From assembly GCA_963815195.1 (NCBI GenBank), contig CAWFGE010000019.1:32001-96000 (forward strand): a DNA stretch of 64,000 bases, in the 5' to 3' direction. Every line of letters starts with the position of its first letter. Positions within the stretch are counted from its first letter, which is position 1. The position numbers were made by a program, and so were the translations under genes. Origin of the DNA: an uncultured Planctomycetaceae bacterium (GTDB taxonomy: Bacteria; Planctomycetota; Planctomycetia; Planctomycetales; Planctomycetaceae). Of this stretch, positions 45,401-51,563 are shown piece after piece. Below the pieces are notes generated by a model. It ran no database searches. It worked only from the letters and a program-made list of their open reading frames with translations, and was not told the DNA's origin.

Positions 45401-46705
45401 GCGCGAGAGGCCGCCATGCGTGAGAGCCTGGCCGAATTGTTGAAAACGACGAACCGACCTCAGGAGGTCGAGGAGCACTATCGCCGTGCTCAGGCGATCT
45501 GGCAGCAGCTCGTCGTCGAGTTGCCTGAAAAGCCAGAGTACGCGGTCCGTCTCGCGGTCGGCGACACTCGGCTAGGAAAATGGCTTGCCGCTCAAAGTCA
45601 TTTTAAGGCAGCGGAGGCGGCCTACCGTCAAGCGGTTCAAGGATATGAGAAACTCGCCAGGGAATTCCCCAAAAGCAGCGGTTACCAGATCAATCTGGCC
45701 GATTGTCACACGGATCTCGGCGATTTTCTGGCTCGCTCAGCCCGGCTTGGCGAGGCGGAACAATCGCACCGGCAGGCCGTCACGTTGCTGGAAAAACTGG
45801 TTGTGGATGACCCGGGCAATTCTGCCTATCGGGCCAGGCTGGCCCACAAGCAAAACTGGCTCAGCGGCGCGCTCAAGGCGTTGGGCCGCGACACGGAGGC
45901 CGAAGAGGCGATACGACAGGCCCTATGGACTTTCGAGAATCTCGCCGCCGAATTTCCAGAAGTCGCCGATTACCGCTACAACTTAGCTTGGGAGCATCTT
46001 TACCTTTCTAATCAGATGTTGGCTGCCAGTCGGACTGCCGAGGCGGAAAGGGAGAATGCTCAGGCTCTCGATCTGTTCGCGGCCGTCGCCGCCGAGGCGC
46101 CTACGAACGCCAAATACCGTGCAGCATTGGCGTCTACTCATCACAGATTGGCAATGCAATTTTTGGCCGGCCAGCGGTTCGAAGAGGCCGCGAACGCTTA
46201 CGGCCAAGCCGTGGATCTTTCGCGGCAACTGGTCGCCGATTTTCCCACGAAGTCAGAGTATCCCAAGAGTCTCGCTCTCAACTGCAACAATTTGGCTTGG
46301 CTTCTGGGAACGTGTCCCGAGGCTGGCGTCCGCGATGCCGTCCGAGCGGTTGAGCTAGCCGCAAAGGCAGTCGAGTTGGAGCCGAAGCAGGCGATGTATT
46401 GGAACACGCTTGGCGCGGCCGAGTACCACGCCGGCAATTATCGCGACTCCATAAAAGCGTTTGAAAAATCAACTCAGTTAAGCGCCGATCAACCCGAGAA
46501 TGCCCGCAACACGAGCTTCGATGCCTTCTTCCTGGCCATGGCCCACTGGCAACTCGGCGAGAAGGACGAGGCCCGCAAGTGGTACGACCAGGCCGTCGCG
46601 TGGATGGAAAAGAACAGGCCCAAAGATGCCGAACTGCTCCGCTTTCACCAGGAAGCCGCGGAGTTGCTGGGCATCGGTGACACGAATCCCGAGACGAAAA
46701 AGTAA
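42497..46705 (+). CDS. Membrane-anchored Ser/Thr kinase with C-terminal TPR repeats
   Basis: IGEGGMGVVY, HRDIKPTN, DFGVAK and GTLDYMSPEQ; TM helix after RRNR; many TPR-like repeats. Confidence 0.95.
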   Translation: MAGEILDEKAIFNVARKIDSEEARAEYLHQVCGADGNLFERVDTLLRAYEEQASFLESPAADSFSPTIDQPPLEEPGTQIGPYKLLQQIGEGGMGVVYMAEQSEPVERRVALKIIKPGMDTRQVIARFEAERQALAMMDHPHIAKVLDAGATDSGRPYFVMELVKGVPITQYCDERHLTPKQRLELFLSVLLAVQHAHQKGIIHRDIKPTNVLVAEYDDRPVPKVIDFGVAKATSQKLTEKTMFTEYGQLVGTLDYMSPEQAKLNQMDIDTRSDIYSLGVLLYELLTGDTPFDRTRLRSAAFEEMMRIIREEEPPKPSTRLSTSQMLASVSANRNTEPRKLSTLVKGDLDWIVMKALDKDRGRRYETANGFAADLQRYLDNEPVEACPPSATYRLTKFARRNRGVLLTTAVIALALVLGTAVSTWQAIRAIHAESQARDNETRAIGEERKANAERERAAASEKQAEADFQKALEAVDRMLFRVADDALRNVPQMVPVQEKVFRDAVEFYEKLLADRPRDPKLRFATAMACKNLIGHDKVGKPQKMLQRALEILNELHEESPEDSEVRHALAHCYNWLGWKGGDSLISAENCHRRAIELMLPLKDSRPEDLARSYGSLAVNLKAQRRFDEAEQTFRMALEFGSDDGQVYHGLALLLERVGRVSEAIDAMNRAIDAAQNSIHDSSKWRTNAEERLASDHSHLGSMLIRAQRPEESLPHLLKSQQIYERLARDFPSLDRFSGALDRSRAALVGAYHTLKKDEAARQILVQLQPSTAQEYLTRGNLRKTLGEMPEALADYDKAIELDPANAKAYLQRQLLHQELGQFDQAVIDLTHRRALMPERSDIHNSLGVALDKKGDLDEAIACYEKAIELDPNYALAHSNLGAAWAKKGLHDKAIACDKKAIELSEQLVADFPENSSYQGSLKKCHDSFAVNVRRVDPIERAEQVRLDALAFYEALAKQFPKRSAAHRAREAAMRESLAELLKTTNRPQEVEEHYRRAQAIWQQLVVELPEKPEYAVRLAVGDTRLGKWLAAQSHFKAAEAAYRQAVQGYEKLAREFPKSSGYQINLADCHTDLGDFLARSARLGEAEQSHRQAVTLLEKLVVDDPGNSAYRARLAHKQNWLSGALKALGRDTEAEEAIRQALWTFENLAAEFPEVADYRYNLAWEHLYLSNQMLAASRTAEAERENAQALDLFAAVAAEAPTNAKYRAALASTHHRLAMQFLAGQRFEEAANAYGQAVDLSRQLVADFPTKSEYPKSLALNCNNLAWLLGTCPEAGVRDAVRAVELAAKAVELEPKQAMYWNTLGAAEYHAGNYRDSIKAFEKSTQLSADQPENARNTSFDAFFLAMAHWQLGEKDEARKWYDQAVAWMEKNRPKDAELLRFHQEAAELLGIGDTNPETKK

Positions 46706-46875
46706 TCAACAAGTTTGTGCCGCGCGAGTGAGCGGCAAAAAAAGTGACCGGTGAGGATCGAGCCGCCAAGCACCGCCCTCACCGGTCGGAACCCGTCCCC
46801 GGCGATCGGTCTGCGCGCGGGGGCATGGTCTATCCCATCTTATCGCGGACCGCTTTTCAGCGGGAGAGAAAGATC
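46691..46875 (+). repeat. Structured leader repeat, copy 1 (overlaps the kinase stop)
   Basis: GAGACGAAAAAGTAATCAACAAG...GACCGGTGAGG-loop-CCTCACCGGTC-GGAACCCG...CGGTCTGCG...CGCGGACCG...CGGGAGAG then ATG. Confidence 0.9.
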
Positions 46876-48024
46876 ATGTCCAAAACATTTCGAGTGCTGG
46901 CTTTGAGTGTCGTCTTGCTGGTGTTCGCGGCAACGGTGTCCCATTTCGCGGAGGCCAAGGGTAAGCCCGGCGGAGGAGGCGGCGACACAACCGGCTATTC
47001 CATTACGGAGCTTACGCCCCCCGCCGGCTTTGACTCAAGTTATGCCAACACTGCCAACGATTTCGGCGAGGTGGCCGGCGACGCCGGTGCTGACGGCTTC
47101 GCACACGCCGCCTATTGGAAAGTGGACTCGGCCGGCCAACTCCTTTCGGCCGTCGCCTTGCCGCAACTGTTCAATCGTGCTAGCCGCGCCTTTGCCATTA
47201 GCAATTCCGGCGACGTGGTCGGCGGGTCCGACGTAGGACTCGATAACGCGGGCGACAGCATCTCTCACGCGGTGCTCTGGAGGCTCGATTCTGCGGGCAA
47301 CGTCACGAACACGACCGATCTGGGCACGCTCGGCGGCGACTACATCTACAGCGGTGCCAACGGCGTCAATGATTTTGGCTACGTCGTGGGATGGTCCCAG
47401 GTCAAAGTAGCGTCGCCCGACGAGGATCCCATGCCGCGGGCGGTGCTGTGGATCGTGGATGGCGACGGCAAACTGCTGAAGGTCGCCGCCCTGGAAACGG
47501 CCGACAGCTATGCCAACGACATCAACAACAGCGGGCAAATCGTGGGCCGAGCCTTCGACCATGCCGCCTTATGGCAGATCGACGTGGAGGGAAACGTGAT
47601 TTTCGCGACGGATCTGGGCACGCTGGGGGGCCGGAACAGCGAGGCTACGGCGATTAGCGAAACCGGTGACGTGATCGGCTACTCCGAGATGGCCGACGGA
47701 GAAGAACATGCCTTCCGGTATCGCAATGGCGTGATGGAGGACCTGGGCACGCTCGGCGGCACAAGCAGCATAGGCAACGGCGCGAACGGCAATGGGCAGG
47801 TCGTCGGCAGTTCGACATATCCCAGGAGCCAAAACTCGTTCGACCGGCACCCTTTCCTTTGGCAGAACGGCGCGATCTCCGACCTGAGCAAGGCGGGCGG
47901 CCGCTCATGGGATCTCTCTCGTGCTTCAGCAATTGATGCGGGCGGCCGGATTGCGGGGACCGGCACGCTCCAGCTCAACGGAAACACCTGGAAGACCCGC
48001 GGATACCTCTTGACCCCCCAATAG
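46876..48024 (+). CDS. Secreted protein with HAF-type extracellular repeats
   Basis: Signal peptide; repeated DLGTLGG...A.(G/D)(V/I)N..G.(V/I)VG...HA(F/V) units. Confidence 0.88.
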   Translation: MSKTFRVLALSVVLLVFAATVSHFAEAKGKPGGGGGDTTGYSITELTPPAGFDSSYANTANDFGEVAGDAGADGFAHAAYWKVDSAGQLLSAVALPQLFNRASRAFAISNSGDVVGGSDVGLDNAGDSISHAVLWRLDSAGNVTNTTDLGTLGGDYIYSGANGVNDFGYVVGWSQVKVASPDEDPMPRAVLWIVDGDGKLLKVAALETADSYANDINNSGQIVGRAFDHAALWQIDVEGNVIFATDLGTLGGRNSEATAISETGDVIGYSEMADGEEHAFRYRNGVMEDLGTLGGTSSIGNGANGNGQVVGSSTYPRSQNSFDRHPFLWQNGAISDLSKAGGRSWDLSRASAIDAGGRIAGTGTLQLNGNTWKTRGYLLTPQ

Positions 48025-48063
48025 CATCCGTGGCTGGCCCCGCTGGCTTATGAAGCAACACAT

Positions 48064-48242
48064 GAGACGAAAAAGTAATCAACAAGTTTGTGCCGCACGA
48101 GAGCGGCAAAACAAGTGACCGGTGAGGATCAGCCGCCAAGCAAGCCCTCACCGGTCGGAACCCGTCCCCGGCGATCGGTCTGCGCCGAGGGTCTGGTCAA
48201 TTCCATTCTACCGCGGACCGTGTTTCAACGGGAGAGAATACG
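48064..48242 (+). repeat. Structured leader repeat, copy 2
   Basis: Highly similar to copy 1 over its full length, including the GAGACGAAAAAGTAA start. Confidence 0.9.
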
Positions 48243-48249
48243 ATGTTTC

Positions 48250-49239
48250 GTGTATTCCGAGGTATGCTCCAAGAGGCTGACTAGCGAGGTTTGGCGAACG
48301 GCTTTATGCGTTCCGATGGCGATGATTTGTCTAAACCTCTTTGTTGGTTCGGCACAGGCCGGACCGATGTTCGAGGCCTGGACCGCGCACGGAACGTACT
48401 TCAATGACGATTCGCCAGTGACTGCGGTTGGCAGTTACTCTGCCATCAATCCCGACCTTACTTCAAGTATTGCACTTTCCGAGTTCGCGGTTGCGGGTGC
48501 AGGGTCCGTCAAATCGTTCTCTGAACTGACTTGGAACCAAACAGGCCCCGTGCCGGTGGGAACAGTTGCTGGCGCTGCGTCTTATGCCTACCTGAGACTT
48601 GACGATCTCATGATTACCGGGGGACCGACAAATTCCTATGTCCCCGGTGTCCTGAACCTGCACGTGAGTGGCGGCGTCGGTTCCGGCGCAAGCGCGACTC
48701 CGGAAGGCACTCCGAACCTTTCCGCGGGCGCCACGACGCACGTGGCCTTTTCCGCTGTTTGGGGCGGCGGGCCTTATGGCCAGGGTGGGTTTGGAGGGAC
48801 CATCGATACCCTGGTCGGTTCCAACGGATCGAACTCGACAACCACCTCGGGCATTTTCGACAACTTCGACGGCGATGAACTGGTGAAAAGCCAAGAGTTC
48901 TATCTCCTCGTTGGTAGCCCGTTCGGCTTGACTATGCGGCTCGACACAAACGTCCAAGGATTCGGTACGAGCTACTCCAACGGAACACAGATCGACGTGA
49001 CTGCCCTCGCTGACTTCGGGAATACGATCAGCTTTGCCACCGACGGCCCGGTGTTCGACCTTCCCGACGGCTACACCGTCAACTCCGTCCAAGGGCAAAT
49101 CGTCAACAACCGCTGGCTCGGCGGTGCGCCGTCAAGCCCCGTTCCCGAACCGAATAGCCTCATACTGTGTGCAATTGGGGCTCTCGGCCTCGCCGGCCAC
49201 AACTGGCGTCAACGTACACGCGCGACAAAGTCTGCGTGA
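48250..49239 (+). CDS. PEP-CTERM surface protein
   Basis: Signal peptide ending AQA; C-terminal VPEPNS, TM helix and WRQR basic tail; start uncertain because the ATG at 48243 is out of frame. Confidence 0.85.
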   Translation: MYSEVCSKRLTSEVWRTALCVPMAMICLNLFVGSAQAGPMFEAWTAHGTYFNDDSPVTAVGSYSAINPDLTSSIALSEFAVAGAGSVKSFSELTWNQTGPVPVGTVAGAASYAYLRLDDLMITGGPTNSYVPGVLNLHVSGGVGSGASATPEGTPNLSAGATTHVAFSAVWGGGPYGQGGFGGTIDTLVGSNGSNSTTTSGIFDNFDGDELVKSQEFYLLVGSPFGLTMRLDTNVQGFGTSYSNGTQIDVTALADFGNTISFATDGPVFDLPDGYTVNSVQGQIVNNRWLGGAPSSPVPEPNSLILCAIGALGLAGHNWRQRTRATKSA

Positions 49240-49252
49240 TCGCCTACCTAAC

Positions 49253-49377
49253 GCCGGCGAGGAACAGCCGCCAAATAGGCCCACACCGGTCGGAACCCGC
49301 CTCCGGCGCATGGTCTGCGCGGGGGGTCTGGTCAACCCCATTTTACCGCGGACCGTATTTCAACGGGAGAGATAGAT
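49253..49377 (+). repeat. Structured leader repeat, copy 3 (5' shortened)
   Basis: CCGGCGAGG...CACCGGTCGGAACCCG...GGTCTGCG...CGCGGACCG...CGGGAGAG then ATG. Confidence 0.88.
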
Positions 49378-50475
49378 ATGTCCAAAACATTTCGAGTGCT
49401 GGCTTTGAGCGTCCTCGCGACGATGCTCGCGGCGACGGTGTCCCATTTCGCAGAGGCCAAGGGTAAGCCCGGAGGTGACGGCGGCGGCGGGGACACGGGG
49501 GGAGGCACGATTTACTTTAGCAGCAATCCCGGCGGCTTCAGCACGATGGATTCCAATGGCGGCTCTAGAACCTCGCTGGGGATCCACTCCGGTGAGCCGA
49601 GCTTCGAACTGCACAGCGGGCAACGCTGGTACGTGAATGTTCGCGAATTGGCGACCGGAGAGACCTACCCCAACGGGTTGCCCCGGAGTGAACTATTCGC
49701 CTTTAACGAAGGCGGGGCGGTCGTGCAATTGACTAATCAACCTGACCTGGAAGTCTGGTGGCAAGGGTACCGCTGGACTCCAGGGGATAACACGTCTGCG
49801 GGCGATCAGCATGTCTCGTGGACAGCGCGGCGCTGGGAAACCACGACCGACCCCATGACCGGCCAGACTGTGTTTACGGGCAATGTGGTTGATGGAGGCA
49901 TCTACCGCGCAGAGATCTCATTCGCGTTGGGCGAGCCGGTCCTACTCGAACAACCTCCTGTTCCCGTGGTGGCGGTCGAATTGGTTTCCTCTCAGGGTTT
50001 CTGGGAAGCCTATGAGGACGGTCCGACGTTCGCTCCGAACGTGCACTTCCATTCCTGGAGTCCCGGCGGAGCCTTCCTCGTCTACGACCTGCTGGACGAA
50101 CGCAACAAAGGGCTGTGGATCGCTGCCCCGAACAGCAACGATGAGCACCTTCCGGTCTCGTCGACTGGACGGAATCCCGAATGGTCACCGGATGGCGCTC
50201 TGATCGCCTATGATGGCTGGGACGGAATCGAAACAATCAATTTTGACGGCACGAATCCGAAGGCCATCATCTCTTCCACGGCCACGGTCTCCTTCTACGG
50301 GCCGCATTGGTCTCCCACCGGCAGCCACCTGACCTATTCCGCCTTCGATCATTGGTCCAAGCCGTCCGACCCGCTTCCCGGCCGAACTTACGTGTACCGC
50401 GCAACCGCCACGGGGGGTGGGAAGACGAATCTGACCAAGGATTTGAACTCAGCCTCCCCCAGAGCCTGGAGATAA
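49378..50475 (+). CDS. Secreted TolB/PD40-like beta-propeller protein
   Basis: Signal peptide nearly identical to that at 46876; WSPGG, PEWSPDG and PHWSPTG repeats. Confidence 0.82.
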   Translation: MSKTFRVLALSVLATMLAATVSHFAEAKGKPGGDGGGGDTGGGTIYFSSNPGGFSTMDSNGGSRTSLGIHSGEPSFELHSGQRWYVNVRELATGETYPNGLPRSELFAFNEGGAVVQLTNQPDLEVWWQGYRWTPGDNTSAGDQHVSWTARRWETTTDPMTGQTVFTGNVVDGGIYRAEISFALGEPVLLEQPPVPVVAVELVSSQGFWEAYEDGPTFAPNVHFHSWSPGGAFLVYDLLDERNKGLWIAAPNSNDEHLPVSSTGRNPEWSPDGALIAYDGWDGIETINFDGTNPKAIISSTATVSFYGPHWSPTGSHLTYSAFDHWSKPSDPLPGRTYVYRATATGGGKTNLTKDLNSASPRAWR

Positions 50476-50519
50476 TTCGATGGAACCAGGGTCTCCCCAA
50501 AATCTCTGACCCAACAAGT

Positions 50520-50612
50520 GAGACGAAAGAGCGCATGTCGCGGCGAAACAAGTGACCGGTGAGGAACAGCCGCCAGGCAAGCCCTCGCCGGTCGGAACCC
50601 GTTCCCGACAAC
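50520..50612 (+). repeat. Structured leader repeat, copy 4 (3' truncated)
   Basis: GAGACGAAA...AACAAGTGACCGGTGAGG...CCTCGCCGGTCGGAACCCG, then similarity is lost. Confidence 0.85.
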
Positions 50613-50644
50613 GCACGTCGAACGACGAATTATTTCTCTCGCTT

Positions 50645-50775
50645 GTCCGCGCCGGGCAATCTGGGGCCGGGCATGGTGATCGAGAATTCTCCCGGCAATC
50701 TGACCGGCGGAGCCAGCCCTGCCGCCCGGAATGTGATTTCGGGAAACGGCGTGGGGTTTTCCGGAGTGTTTTCGG
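50645..50775 (+). pseudogene. Fragment of a large extracellular beta-helix-repeat gene
   Basis: GNLTGGASPAARNVISGNG resembles the GNxIGG...ARNVISGN repeats of large surface proteins. Confidence 0.5.
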
Positions 50776-50777
50776 GC

Positions 50778-51295
50778 CTAGAGCTTCTTAATGACATGCA
50801 CGCTCGAGGTCAGTCCGGTTCGGGTCTTGGTCTTTCGCATTAAACGCATCGCGGTCTCGATGGTGTCGAACAGCATGCCTTGGCAGGCCCGCGTGACGTG
50901 CGGAAAGAACCGCCGCTCGATCGGGTTATATTTGGAACAATAGGTCGGATAGTGAGCGACCCGGATCGGCAAGCCAATTTCCCCAGCCAATGCCTCCAAA
51001 TCCTGCTTGAAGATATGGTGTCGATAGTTGTTGCTGCCGCCCGCGTCACAGAGCCAAAGGATTTCCGAGGCATGGGGATAATGCTGCCGGGCGATTCGCT
51101 TCCAATACCAGCGGAAGCTCTCGCAGGCGAATTGGCTGGTCTCATGCGAGGTGCCCAGATTGATGTGTCCATGATTGCGCTTCAAATCGTAGATACCGTG
51201 CGGAATGAGCACGCCGTCGGCCCAAGCGTCTGAAACACATTCCGCATCCGCTCTTCGATCTCAGGGTCATACTGATGAAAATACTGAAATGCCAT
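50778..51295 (-). mobile_element. Internally deleted ISAzo13-family transposase pseudogene
   Basis: GGAGG RBS then MAFQYFHQYDPEIEERMRNVFQTL joined out of frame to IPHGIYD...CDAGGSN...HYPTYCSKYNPIERRFF. Confidence 0.85.
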
Positions 51296-51563
51296 CAATC
51301 CGTTCCTCCGTGGCAAACTTAGTCCTGGTGTCATTCTCCATTTCAATTATAACAAGAATTTCACAGTTGTTTTTTCACCGATCCCAATGGTCCGCACAGC
51401 GGATCCTACTTGGCTTTCGCGCCACCACGAGCCTTGTTATGCTCGGTCTGAGATCAGAAACACCGCTAGGAATAAGTTGATGCCGAATCGCCAGCAGGAT
51501 CTTCGACCGTGGCATGCCACACGACCGTCACGAACTCTCGAATACCCGTAGGAAGACTACGCC

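Noticed and set aside
46691..50612. Classical integron with attC sites
   Set aside because: No IntI-type integrase gene is present, no clear RYYYAAC/GTTRRRY box pairs were found, and the repeats lie 5' of the genes and carry the RBS.
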